The notes beneath the pieces were generated by a model. It worked only from the letters and a program-made list of their open reading frames with translations. It was not told the origin of the DNA and ran no database searches. The translations under genes and the position numbers were made by a program. A stretch of 64,000 bases of DNA from Squalus acanthias (lineage: Eukaryota): NCBI GenBank assembly GCA_030390025.1, contig CM059432.1, forward strand, positions 38,690,001 to 38,754,000. The letters run 5' to 3'. Shown here in pieces: positions 27,663 through 40,109 of the stretch (position 1 is its first letter; every line of letters begins with the position of its first letter).

Positions 27663-27898
27663 CCATGATGCGGAGATGCCGGTGTTGGACTGGGGTGGAC
27701 AAAAGTGAGAAGTCGCACAACACCAGGTTATAGTCCAACAGCTTTATTTGAAATCACAAGCTTTCGGAGCGCTGCTCCTTATGCTGTGCCCATATGTATT
27801 TCTTCACTTCACCGGACGAAGGAGCAGCGCTCCGAAAGCTTGTGATTTCAAATAAAGCTGTTGGACTATAACCTGGTGTTGTGCGACTTCTCACTTTT
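27663..27898. mobile_element. Penelope-derived mini element with perfect 80-bp inverted repeat
   Basis: 27701-27780 is the exact reverse complement of 27819-27898; flanked by a TGAAAAAAA(A)GGG duplication; a related copy at 49621-49661 plus 51369-51443. Confidence 0.82.
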
Positions 27899-28495
27899 GA
27901 AAAAAAAGGGTGCAGTGATTATGATCTGAAATTGTTGAACTCAATGTTGAGTCCGGAAGGTTGCAATTTACAGACTTCCAAAAACTGCTGCAGCGTTTGA
28001 ATGGATCATGTACAAGCACCTCGAGAATAAATCAGATCTTCCAGGTGCTGAGCTTTACAAAAAATTACTGAGGACAGGGAAGGGCTAAAATATTCAGTGC
28101 AAATTTTAGCACCATTCAGAAAAAGTTGCACTTCAGTGTGATTGGATAAGGCATACGTCAATCTAAATGAGAATATCTGTTCAAGCTCCAAAATGGTTTT
28201 AAAAACAAAATCCATCCTCTCAAACTATAAAATATCAACACTGAAAGCACTATCCAGACCACAGGCCCAGGGCAAATTAGTCCATTGGTTCAACGACTGC
28301 TCCATCTCATCTTCAACATAAAGCAACTGAATTCTCATCCCTTGAAGGTCTATTATAAAGAAGCCACTGATCTGAATCTCTTTTTTTTTTTAAAAGGAGC
28401 AAAGATAGCCACACTGTAATCTAAACTTAGTGACAGCATGAAAAACAGACACCCAGCTTCAGGCAACAGCAACAGGTGAGGGAGGGAGGGTGGGT

Positions 28496-28523
28496 GGGGG
28501 GGGGGGGGGGGGGGGGGGGGGGG
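28496..28523. repeat. Poly-G run
   Basis: About 28 consecutive G. Confidence 0.95.
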
Positions 28524-31500
28524 AAGAAAAGAGACGCGGTCTCGCATTACAGAATTAGACTAGTGTGTAAAAGATTTCATGTTATTGCCTCGAGCTTAAA
28601 ACATTCCACAAATAGGGATTCCCTTACTTAAAAGGATATTTAACAAAAACTCCTTGTAGTACTTTGACAATGAAATAGAAAAACAATTCACAAAACCAAC
28701 TTATTCTTGCATATGCTGATTGTGCCAAGCACTCATCCCAAAAACCTTTTCCCACAGCAGTAATTGAGTTCACTAAAAATACAGCCTATGATCCACTTTA
28801 GATTAGATACTGTTCGCTTTCTACATTTCAATTTGATAGATAGTCTTGTAATCAAAACAGACAACGTTTTTGGTCCATCTTAAGTTAAGCAAGAGAGTTT
28901 GCCTCCATTACAAATGGCATCAATTTGTCTTCAAAGAATGGTTTACTGCAAATGCTGAGTCTAAGCTCTTTTAGATCAGACACACAGTGATCAATCAACA
29001 AACCTTAAAAGAATGTGCTTGCAGAAAGCCATTTGCAGTCCCACACCACATTTTACTGCTGTTCTAAGATATCTTAGTATCCTTTGAAAAGCTTGCTCAC
29101 ACACACACACACACTTATTAAATCGTAATAGCTGGTTAATAAACAGCATGTTTTTAAGCATTCCACACAAAAATATATCAAGCAACCGGCAATGACACTT
29201 TAGTCTGCAAGAAAACTCTATGCAAGGCCAAAGAGGTTTTATTTTTAAATCCACCTTCGCATTACCATAAGTTGGCTTTTAAAACCATAAAGCCACTTAC
29301 GGTTCAAATTAACCGGGGCGGGGATGATCTCTTCAAGATTACAAGATAGGTAGAAAGACTGGGGCAGAGTTATTTTATAACACTTACTCATTAATCTACT
29401 CTTGGCAACACGGCTACTTTATCGAAGCACTAGGATGTTGATGACTCAAAACTTTGTGGGAGTTCCACTGTTATCGTACTGTAACTCTGCCGTTTGGGGA
29501 ATTTCCAATATGCCTTGTAAGGGGCAGAACCTTCGCCCAGCTCTTACAGGGCAAATGTCGCGGGGTGGGGAGAAAGTGGCACAGAACTACGAGATGCTGG
29601 GAGTCCCCACTTCCCTGGCTCTTTTGGGGCCTGGAGTATCTCTGGAGGTCCGAATGCTGAGTGAGTTGAAGTAAACGGACGTCCAATTGGACGAAACTGG
29701 GTCCCACCAATGGGGTCCAGAGCAGGGAAGCGGCCTGGCCCCCCAATTAGACCCCCCCCACCCCAAAACAGGAGGATGAAGGGGACACGGCAGGGGTATG
29801 GTCAACCTCTAATTACTGGCCGTGGGATTTTCCAGCAGCATGGGTCAGGTGGACATAGCAGATGCGTCCAGTGGCACTTGCACCCGCCTGCTCTATGCAA
29901 ATTAAGTGCCCTCCCACTGCAGCAGGTAATGAACAATTTCAGGGCCAACATCATTAACAGCTTCAATTCAAAAACACTATCAAAATAATTGCTAACAATA
30001 ATGCGGTCATGCCGACTACACCTGATTTATAATACTGTGGTGTATATTCAAGTATTCACCCCGTTGCCCCTACCTGCTGTTCCATGTGCAGGAGGGCAAG
30101 TGGCCAACCAAAACATAGCAGCATGAGTGGCTCGAGCATTGACCAAGCTTTAAGGTATCCCTGCTAATAACTCCTCCTTTGGCTTAGTGTAAATTATTGT
30201 CCGATTCCACTACAGTGGAGCACCTTGGGACGTTTTCCTATGTATAAGGTGTTACATATGCCAGTTGTGGTTGTTAAGCACTCCCATTCCATTGCACTGA
30301 TAGTAATGCAGCAGATCGACTTCCACTTAATGGCACAGCACCACTTGTTTACAAATGAAAAATCTGGGGGAGAAAGGAGCAGAGACTTTAATCTGAAGCG
30401 GTGAGTAGTGCAATTAAAATTTTCTCTTTCTTCCTCCGTCTCCAATCATGCAAACTTCTCACGGTGATGCAAGCTGTTTCAGTACTGGTCTATTGCTGTC
30501 CGAGAAGCTGGGTGTGTGAGCCAGATCCCCGTATTTACACTGTTAAATTCGTTTTCCATAACCTGATGGCAGACGCTTGGACTCTGTTACTGGTGTCGGC
30601 GAGTCTGCTGCTGGACTACGGAAAATGGACTTAACAGCATAAACACTGGGAGCCGGCTCACGGATGCCTGGCTCTCCAAATCCGAATGAAAAGACTAATA
30701 TAAAAGCTGCTGCAGTCTGACCCACTGTGGGGGTGGGGGGGGGTCAAAGTATAACTGCCACACTGCCCAGTGTAACACTAAGCCATACAGACCAGAGGGC
30801 ACTGGGTTCAATTTCTAACCAATATCAAGTTATTTGGAGCCAGCTGAAGCAGCAACAACGTGCATTTATATAGCGCCTTTAATGTAGTAAAACGTCTCCA
30901 GGTGCTTCACAGGAGCGCAATCAGACAAAAGATGACACCGCACCACAAGAGATATTAGGACAGGTCACCAAAAGCTTGACCAATTGGTAGGTTAGATAAC
31001 AGCCTTAGTGTGGCAGGCAGGGTGGAGAAAGACAGCATTTGGTATGGATTGGGAGTGGGCGGGGGGAAAAAAAGTCATAATTTCCATTTCCGATCATTAT
31101 CCACTAACTTTATTACCGTATAGGATAGTTTTTCAGTATCACAGTGCGTGAGCTGAAATATTGTTTTAAAAATCTCCAACTGGAAAGTACAGCATTCTGT
31201 GGCGCAGTGTAAGGGTTAATTCTATACTGCGAGTTGAAAAACACAATACATCTCATCAGATGTCAGCCGCGTCAATTTTCAGTGGTTAGAGACAAGTCGT
31301 AAAGTGCAGACTTTAGCAGAAAGATGCTCACTTGTTTATCAACATTCAGTTCTCTGATCAGACCCATTCAATTGATGTTAATCACATTAATTTATGGCCT
31401 GATCTTGCTCTGTGATAACAATTCAGCGACTGCGATAAATCAAAGAGAAAAATGTTGCTTGTTTCATTTTTTGGAAAAATGAATGGTTTCGATGCATTTT

Positions 31501-31649
31501 TTCAAAAAAATGTATTTTAATGAAAGGTTTAAATGCATTTAAAGTTTTAGGTAAACCTAGATGCATTTAAGGGGAAGTTAGATAAACACACGAGGGAGAA
31601 AGGAATTAGAAGGGTATGGTGATTGGGTTAGACGAAGAGGGGCGGGAGG

Positions 31650-31794
31650 CACTGTTCTCGTTAAGCTGCGTGGCCACGCGGCGATCTGGAGGTCCCGCAC
31701 AGGCCGCTTGCCAGCTTTTAAATGGGGATAAAACCGCGCGTGCTCAATAATTTGAATGGGTCCCACACCCAAAAAAAAATTAGCGGGGATATTG
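31650..31794. mobile_element. Short hAT-type MITE inside a CR1 3' end (CR1 about 31558-31880)
   Basis: Termini CACTGTTCTCGTTAA / TTAGCGGGGATATTG, degenerate 8-bp flanking duplication GCGGGAGG / GTGAGAGG. Confidence 0.65.
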
Positions 31795-33559
31795 GTGAGA
31801 GGAGGCTCATGTGGAGCATAAACACCAGCATGGACCTGTTGGGCCGATTGGCCTGTTTCTGTGCTGTAAATTCTATGTAAAAAAAAACTGACCCCTATTG
31901 ACAAATGTAGATATCAGGTGACAGGGACTGGGTAAGGACAGGATCAGGCTTCACTGCAATGTACTCCATGGTTTAAGAACATAGGCTCACACATGAAGAA
32001 TTGCCACTTGTGCAAGGAACCAGAGCGCTACTGGTGCCCATGTAACTGTATCCCAATAGGAAACAGTGGCTTCAGGAGCAAGGGGGACAAAGCTTGAAAA
32101 GCAAGAGAGAAAAACAGGAGTGGTTTGAAGAGTAAAAGGACCTTCATTTTTCAATGTCGCCATTATTTACAGTGGTAGGGCAGCAAAATACAAGCTATGC
32201 TTGGCCCTCTTGCTAGGTTTTATACTCAGTTTTTCAGGGCGGGGGAGGAAAAAGAGGGACACTCAAACTATTGTGTAAATGGGAGCTGTCTTCATTTCAC
32301 TTCTGTTTACTTTTCTAAACTGGATGTCAAATGGCCAAACTTTGAGGTCTGCATAGTTATAAATCAACCGTGCAGTAATTAGATTAACAAATTATTGTGG
32401 TATGAGAAAGAAAGAGGGCAAAGTAACGGTTTCTAAGATTAGATCATCAAAAAATAATTGTTGTGGAAATAAACTTGCTCTCCGTTCTTCAGTACCATTC
32501 TCCGAACAAAAATTAACTCCGGTCTTAATTCTAGTCAGTCTTAATATTAAAAACAAAATTATCCCAGCTGTATTAATTTCAAAGGTTTGTAAAGTAATTT
32601 AATATTCTAACTTTTGAAATACTGTAGGATGTCTGGTATTCAACTAGTTTCTGGGCACTGGAACCAGCTAACAAGAGGCAGATGACAGCAGTATGGTTTG
32701 CCTCTCTGATTCTGCCCTTCCCCAGGGAAGCACACTGCTTCTTCATAGTCACTTCTCAGACCGTCTTGATAAAATTATTTGTTTGGCAGGGGAGAGAAGA
32801 GGAGAAAAAAAGATGAGGGAGAGAGAAAAAGGGGCAGGGGGAGAAAAGAATCAAAGCAAAAGGGAGAAAGAAATAAAGGTAGATGTGTGAAGACACATCC
32901 TCTCTCATCACTTTGATGCAATCAAACTGTATCATCACAAGGAATTAAACTTTAGTTAAAATAACCTACAATGAAATTAGAAGAACTTGCTTTAGGCTTA
33001 CCATTTTTAGGAGGATGTTATGGCCCTTTATATAAAAATACAAATTGTGAATAGGTCCATGACTTAATCAACAAGAGAACCACCCTCTCCCCTTGCAGGA
33101 ATGTAGTTGTGTGCGACTTGTGGTAGACAATGTCTAGCGCCTATCGGCCTGTGTAGTCATCAGTGCACCCATCCAAAAATCAGCTTCTTCTCCCTTAAAT
33201 TCTTGATGCGGTCATCCTTGAGTAGGAGGGTCACAGTGCTAGTTGAAGAATCTTGCACAATATGAAATGCATTTTTCTTTTTACATATACTTACGTTCAC
33301 CAAAAATTAGCAAACTGCACATTACATTATGAATTTCTATTTAATAGATTATCAATACAATTAAAGCAACAACGAAAAAATGCTCAGAAAGCTGGTCAAA
33401 TCCACAGGAACAGCACAATAAAAGCCTTCTCCAAACAAAGGTCAAAGGTAAACTGTAAGCAAGTTCCACCTTCAGTTATATTCTACATTCTGTGTATCCT
33501 TCAATACTATACGAAAGTATACACAGACATGCATCAATAATATATATATATATATAAAA

Positions 33560-33709
33560 AATCCTGGAACTCCCTCCCTAACAGCACTGTGGGAGTACCT
33601 TCACCACACGGACTGCAGCGGTTCAAGAAGGCGGCTCACCACCACCTTCTCAAGGGCAATAAATGCTGGCCTTGCCAGTCGCCCATATCCCAGGAATGAA
33701 TAAAAAAAA
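33560..33709 (+). mobile_element. Short 3' end of the same CR1-group LINE family
   Basis: Near-identical to about 23722-23880 (CCCTAACAGCACTGTGGGAGTACCTTCACCACACGGACTGCAGCGG). Confidence 0.88.
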
Positions 33710-33711
33710 CC

Positions 33712-34155
33712 GAACTTGTATCCTCTCTCATCTTCAGGATGTCCCAAGATACTTCACCGCCAATTAATTATTTTTGATGCATAGTTACTGCGGTAATGTA
33801 AGGAAATGCATTAGCCAATTTGCACACAGCAAGGTTCCATATACAGCAATGTGATATTGACCAGATACATTTTTTTCCCCCAATGATATTGGTTGATTAA
33901 TATTGGCCGAGCAATAAATATTAGCCAGGACACCAGGGAGAACTCCCCTGCTCTTCTAATAGTGCGGAGATATCTTTTACGTCTACCCAAGAGGGAAGAT
34001 GAGGCCTTGGTTTAACGTCTCATTCAGAAAGACAGAACCTCTGATAGTGCATCATTCCCTCAGTACTGGGTGTCAGCTTGGATTTTGCACTCAAGTCACT
34101 GGAGTGGGGCTTGAACTCATGACCTTCTGAAGTGCTAACACTCAGCTAAAGCTGG
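33712..34155 (-). mobile_element. SacSINE1-type DeuSINE
   Basis: Reverse complement colinear with 39372-39838. Confidence 0.85.
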
Positions 34156-34911
34156 CATTTATCAGACCGTTTTGCAAGGAAGATACCAACAGTTTTACAT
34201 CCCCCATTGAATCATACAAAGATTTATTCTGCTTTGTGAAAACAACAAATAGCCGTTACATGCATCTATGAATGCTGTGGAATGGCATGGGCTGTAACAG
34301 AACACTGCTACTGCTCTCACAGCACTCCAACTTACCAGCAACAGCACACTTACAATAATGAGTTACTCATTTGTTTTGTCCTTTTCCCTCACACACCCTG
34401 CAAATCACAATGACCCATCAGCTCTGTGGATGAAGTTAAAGGCTGACTGCAAAACCGAGGTTCGAGGAACCTTCATCAATTGTTTGAGCTGGGTCTTTGC
34501 ACATACCATTTATCGCTGTTTAGCTCCAACTTTATGAACTCCCTTTCCATTATTTTATTTATCTGAACTAAAGTTTTTGCTATATTGGATAGATTCATTT
34601 TCTTTTCCAGAAATTTCCTCTGCTCCCATCCAGTCTGACATCGAGTTCAGAGAGTGTTCATGTGGCCTTTTCCCAGGCTACTGCCCTGTAATGCCCATCG
34701 AGAAATGGCATCAAACACCATCAGACATAATTTCTCCGCTTAGAATTAGATGCAATTTCATTGCCACACACAGAGTGTGCTAAAGAGTTTACATGCACAG
34801 GATAGTTCCTATCTTACTGATACTAATCCTTACATAAACACACACACACTCCAGAATTTACTGTATCCCTTTCTGGGGAAGCGCCATTTCAGGTGTCACG
34901 AACTACTGTAG

Positions 34912-34912
<1 letters not shown>

Positions 34913-34958
<46 letters not shown>
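34913..34958. repeat. (AC)n microsatellite
   Basis: Uninterrupted AC dinucleotide run. Confidence 0.97.
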
Positions 34959-34960
<2 letters not shown>

Positions 34961-35516
34961 GATAATCAGTAGAGTAAGCTCACTCAGGAATCCTTATTTT
35001 GTACCAAGAATACAAGTTAAATTCAACTTTTCAGCCAAACAAAAAAAAAAATCATCTTTCTCTGCAAACAAGTAACCTGAAATGTTTACTCTTCCAATTC
35101 TCTTCAGCTGCCTTGGCTCTATTTTCTGGAACTCTCCCTGAACATTTCTGCCTCATTGTGTTTTTAAACATTTTCTGAAAACCTACCTATTAGACCATGA
35201 CTTTGGTCACCTCTCCTAACCCTCTATTTCCACTCAGTGTTTGTTTTGCTCCTCTGTGAAGCACCTTGGAATATGTTTCTGTGTTAAAGATGTTATACAA
35301 AAGCAAGTTTGCAGTTTTATAGCTCAAAAGGAGTCTGTACACGCTTTTATGATGCAATATGAACGGGTTGACAGTGAACACAACTCGTCCGCTCTTACTT
35401 ATTCCTCATTCAACCTACTCTAACCTGGACTCTAAGTTATCCTTTCCTGCTCCAATCTACTGGTTTTGAAAACCCAAGCTTGGTCTCACCTGATCACTAC
35501 TTCATCTTCAATCTAC

Positions 35517-35822
35517 GGGCATAGTGGTTAGCACTGTTGCCTCACAGCGCCAGGGACCCGGGTTCGAATCCGGCCTCGGGTGACTGTCTGTGTGGAGTTT
35601 GCACATTCTCCCCGTGTCTGCGTGGGTTTCCTCCGGGTGCTCCGGTTTCCTCCCACAGTCCAAAGATGTGCGGGTTAGGTTGATTTGGCTATGATAAATT
35701 GACCCTTAGTGTTGGGGGGATTAAATACGTGGGGTTACGGGGATAGGGTGGGATATGTGTCGGTGCAGGCTCGATGGGCCGAAATGGTCTCTATCTGCAC
35801 TGTGGGGATTCTGTGATTCTGA
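35517..35822 (+). mobile_element. HE1-type V-SINE
   Basis: tRNA head with B box GGTTCGAATCC, V-domain TGTGTGGAGTTTGCACATTCTCCCCGTGTCTGCGTGGGTTTCCTCCGGGTGCTCCGGTTTCCTCCCACA, CR1-like tail. Confidence 0.93.
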
Positions 35823-37459
35823 GTGGTGTTTTGCACTGAGCGCCTTGGTATCTCAATTTAAAAGGAAACCTGAATCTCCAATATTAAGGAAGGATACAAG
35901 AGTTTTCAATATTCATGAGGAAGCGTAGAGATTAGGTACTGAGCTACAATACAACAGTACCTACACTTTAAAGTACTTCATTGGCTATAAAGCACTTTGG
36001 GATGTCCTGGAGGTTGTAACGGGCGCTATATAAATCCAAGTTTGTTCTTTCTTTGAACTAAACAATTAAAGTAATAGGCAAATCTCTTTTCCTGAATACA
36101 AGCTTCCAAACTAGGCTGGAGTTGGAGACAGGGTAGTCACTCTTTCGAAAGTCATCATGATCCAGCTAATATGGTCATGTCTCATGACAGCAAAGCACTC
36201 CACCTCATGAGAAAACCAGCAGGGCTCTGTCTGCTTCAGCAAGAATGGGCTTCCTGTTTGTTTTGGCACCAGTGCTCCTTGAGAGAAGCCCTTTTTAAAC
36301 CTTCTACATCAAAACAGTCTTATTATTCAATGCACTTTTTGTAGCACAAGAGAGAATTAAAAGAAAAAAGTAAAACCAGCTAATATAAGGTCACTTGCAC
36401 ATCTGTAAGCTATTTTCTACAACCATTGATCAACGTGGACTAGGAAATGTGTGACTGCATCAGTGCAATTTTCCCACAATTATAGTAGGCCACTAAAGAC
36501 CAATTTTTAAAAATAAATTTTCCAATCCCAAAAAAGTTCGCTAATTGAGTACGGCCGAGGAACTGACAAAATATTTAAGGATTTCCAAGTATTTCCTTCT
36601 GTTGGGGTTGGAGCAGGAGGGAAGGGGGATAAAGAATTTATTCTCAACAGTAAGACCATGAACAACAATTTACTTCAAAATCGGTAAAAGACTGTTCAGA
36701 GAATACATGTCACAGTGCAGGTGTGCCCTTTTCCCCACCCAAACACTTACCTCCCAGCTAAATTAGTTTCCATAAGCAGAATTATCTCTTATAAACTGAA
36801 AACTGAAGTCCAGGTTTATACAAGTGCTGCCGGGCATTGATTATGTAGACGTTGGGCGCATTTACACTGCACCCAGTTGGGGATCCAGCCAGGCAACAAG
36901 TACACGGCTCAGCTCACTTCTTGTCCTGTCCAGTCGACAACTCTGCTCATGTATGAATGCCTGAATGTACAGAGCTCTCTCATAACAGTTCAAAATGTAA
37001 ATGTTTAGAAAGTATGGAGGAATCCCCGTGCTCTATACATTTAAATTAAGGTCAGGTAGGTCTAACATCATGCTGGATACTTCACATCAAAATAAGGTTG
37101 ACATCTCACAGGATGTCCACTCTACGCAACATCAAAAACCAAGGCGATGTGAAACTCCTTCCTCTAAGGAGCCTCCCTCCATTTAGGTCAGAATCAGGTT
37201 GGACTCCGATTATGGATTTACACTACAAATTTAGTGCTGTTTGCAATCAAAATCAATTCACACACAAACTAAACTTATGGTGTAAATTCACACTTAAAAC
37301 AGACTATTTAATTTGGATTGTGAACACAGAACTGAAAGATGCAAGTACAGTGTTAACAAGAACTCAAGCAAGAGTGGCATTCAAAAAAAAAAAATCCTTC
37401 TTCTCCCAAAAACCACAGTGGTGAACTTAAGAGAACAGATTTTACAGAAAAGCAGGGAC

Positions 37460-37735
37460 CATGAAACTGCCAGATTGTCATAAAAATCCAAGTGGGTTAA
37501 CTAATGATCTTGAGGGAAGGAAACCTGCTGTCTTTACCCAGTCTGTCCTATCGGCGATTCCAGTCCCACACCAGGTGGTTCACCCTGAAGTGGCCTAGCA
37601 AGCCACACAGTTGCATCAACAACTACTGCAGGTGATTCAAGAAGAAAGCCAACCAGCGCCTTCTCAGGGCAACTAGGGTTGGGCAATATATTAATGCCTT
37701 GCCAGCAACGCCTGTATCCAGAGAATAAAAAAACA
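37460..37735 (+). mobile_element. Non-autonomous bipartite element made of the 5' region and 3' end of the 43955 LINE family
   Basis: First part aligns by eye to about 44070-44240 (CATGAAACT..GGGAAGGAAA..), second part to the LINE 3' tail (TTCAAGAAG..CTTCTCAGGGCAACTAGGG). Confidence 0.72.
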
Positions 37736-38132
37736 AATGCAGTGCAGCTAAAATTAATTTCACAGTTATTAAAAATAAATCCAACTGGATTAATTTTCCT
37801 CCACTAATTGCAGAGCAAAACAGAAAACTTTGTTGTACAATAAAATAGAAAACATTTCTGCCTTTTGAACCCTCAGCTCACCGAGACAAAATTAATGGAT
37901 TTCTATACTGTATTTTTATGACTTCAAATAGGCAGGGTAATTGGTACTTAAAAACTGGCTTCACTCAATAGTATCTGCAAAGGAAGCTCATTGTTTCTGC
38001 AGTAAGGATGACCAACTGGATAATCAGACCATCCCAGTGGGAACGATTGGTCTTGGATGGATACTCTTTGCTGTGAATACCTCTATCCAGAAACAAGCCA
38101 AAATTTGCTTAATGACTATTATGAAATGTTAA

Positions 38133-39342
38133 TGGCCTGGAACTTGCAGTCCTAATGACGGCGAACTGGCAGCGTTCGCCGTCATTTCGCTTTTAAATAC
38201 CCCATTAAAAGTTAGAACCTTTTGTATTAGGTGTAACTGGAGTTTCAACAGTGCATTGACTGCTAAACAAAGGTTATGGCCCTGAAAAACTCATTTTAAT
38301 TTTGTGTAGTGACAAATTTATCCATTTTAATAAAAATTTTAATTAAGAAACTAAGGCCTAAAAATTCGGTTGCTTTGCGCCTGGTGCAAAGCAACTAGCG
38401 CCTGGGCACAGCGCCAACGCCTCCCGCAAAATTCAGCGGGAGGTTAGCGGCGGCGGTAACCGTTAGCGACCTGCGGCGCTGCGCTGCTGGCAATGACGTC
38501 ACCACCGTGCGCAGTGCCCCGCTCGCGATCTTCGATAGCGCCCCCTGACTTACCACTGGACGCTATGTCCGACCGGGTCAGGGGGGCCTACCTGTGGCCG
38601 GGGTGGCAAAATTAAAGGGGAGGTGCCGGGCGGCCATTTTTCTTGCTGGCCGCCTGCACCTGCCCCCCCCCCCCCCCCCCTCTGCCGTCCCCGGCCTCCT
38701 CTGCAGCCGCCCCCCGCGGAGTACCGGCTGCGCTCCGTAAGCCCGGCACTTCGAGTGCCGGGCTCTTTTGCCAGCACTCCGATCCCTGGTGGCCCAGCTG
38801 GGCCCCGGCCCCTCCAAGAAGAGGAAGGCCTGCAGTACCGCGGCGCGACGCGATATTCACTCGCAGCGCCCAAAGAGGAGGCGGGGTGCTTCCAGTAGCA
38901 CCCCGCCTCCCTCTTGTGGCACTACTGGTGAATTTCAGCCACGGGGCGCTAATTTTTTCAGGGCGCCAAAAGTAGCGCCCCAGCGAAGTTAGCACCCCAA
39001 AGGGGACGCGACTCAATTTTCCCCCTAAGTTTGTTCGTCTTTATTTCAGGTTTGCTTTTTCCCCACGAGAGCCCCAATCTTTGTTTTGCTCTCTAACGTT
39101 TTTTTTAAAAGTTAAAAATTTTAGGAGCTTACTGTTTCGCTATCTGTGAGAATTCTGCGTTTTGATTGGCTGCTTAGACAGCTTGTTGACGTCATGCTGC
39201 TCTTCACTGAGAATTCCCATTAACTTCCATTGATTTCAACTCCACGTTGGAAAACCGGAAATTCTCGAAACCAAGATCACGAGATCTTTCGGGGCCAGTG
39301 GCGAACGCCTTTGCTTCACCGCTGACCGCAAATTCCGGGCCA
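38133..39342. mobile_element. PIF/Harbinger-type MITE, family A, carrying a nested MITE
   Basis: TIR TGGCCTGGAACTTGCAGTC / GACCGCAAATTCCGGGCCA, flanked by TAA on both sides (3-bp TSD). Confidence 0.85.
38355..39025. mobile_element. GC/CpG-rich Harbinger-type MITE, family B, nested
   Basis: Absent from the homologous 9310 copy; TAA on both sides; ends GGCCTAAAAATT / AATTTTCCCCC; shares CGCCTCCCGC..GGGAGGTTAGCGGCGGC with 7126-7877 in opposite orientation. Confidence 0.78.
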
Positions 39343-39371
39343 TAATGTTTGGATTAAGAAACCAGGGGATA

Positions 39372-39838
39372 GTCAGCCAGTGGCTCAGTAGGTAGCACTC
39401 TTACCTCTGAGTCAGAAGGTTGTGGGCTCAAGTCCCACTCCAGGACGAGCACAAAAATCTAGGCTGACACTCCAGTGCAGTGATGAGGGAGTGCTGCACT
39501 GTTGGAGGAGCCGTCTTTTGGATGAGACGTTAAACCAAGGCCCCAACTTCCCTCTCAGGTAGACGTAAAAAGATCCCATGGCACTATTTTGAAGAGGAGC
39601 AGGGGAGTTATCCCCGGTGTCCTGGCCAAGATTTACCCCCTCAACCAACATCACTAAAACAGATTATCTGGTCATTATCACATTGCTGTTTGTGGGAGCT
39701 TGCTGCGTGCAAATTGGCTGCTGCGTTTCCTACATTACAACAGTGACTGTACTTCAAAAAGTACTTCATTGGCTGTAAAGCGCTTTGGGACGTTCGGTGG
39801 TCATGAAAGGCGCTATATAAATGCGAGCCTTTCTTTTA
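39372..39838 (+). mobile_element. Full-length SacSINE1-type DeuSINE
   Basis: tRNA head (TGGCTCAGTAGG), Deu-domain-like GATGAGACGTTAAACC..AAAGATCCCATGGCACTA..GGTGTCCTGGCCAA, tail GGCGCTATATAAATGC. Confidence 0.88.
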
Positions 39839-40109
39839 GTCATATTCAATTACTCTGATGGCTGAACCATTAAAGGGAGACGCTTGCACAAAGACAGTAA
39901 TATCCTGACTAATACCTTTCCCCACAAGGTGCGAGATCAGTTGTGCTCAGAGATTGCCTGTGGACTTCAAAGGCATGGTGTTAACTTCAAAGGTGCCCAT
40001 AGCATAAAAACACACAGGTCTGGTTACTTAGCTTTAGTTGTATTTGGAGATCTGAACTCCGAATCAGAAATTCACATCATGCACGTACAACTGGATTATG
40101 AAAGTCAAT

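Larger units (their letters stand above)
26566..27962 (-). mobile_element. Penelope 3' terminal fragment carrying two insertions
   Basis: Segments 26566-26632, 27382-27662 and 27898-27962 are homologous to the reverse complement of about 61840-62281. Confidence 0.8.

Noticed and set aside
33002..33250. Possible minus-strand exon ending ATG|GTAAGC, containing CTGATGA
   Set aside because: Weak acceptor, in-frame stop in the best-looking frame, and no GAAA core or box D to support a hammerhead or C/D snoRNA; a non-coding exon cannot be excluded.
35517..35580. tRNA gene
   Set aside because: tRNA-derived head continuing into a V-SINE body; the same applies to the DeuSINE heads.
36751..36795. 45-nt candidate exon with GAG|GTAAGT donor
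   Set aside because: Stops in all three frames.
38355..39025. CpG-island-like GC-rich blocks (also 7126-7877) as promoters
   Set aside because: They are copies of one MITE family with TIR-like ends.
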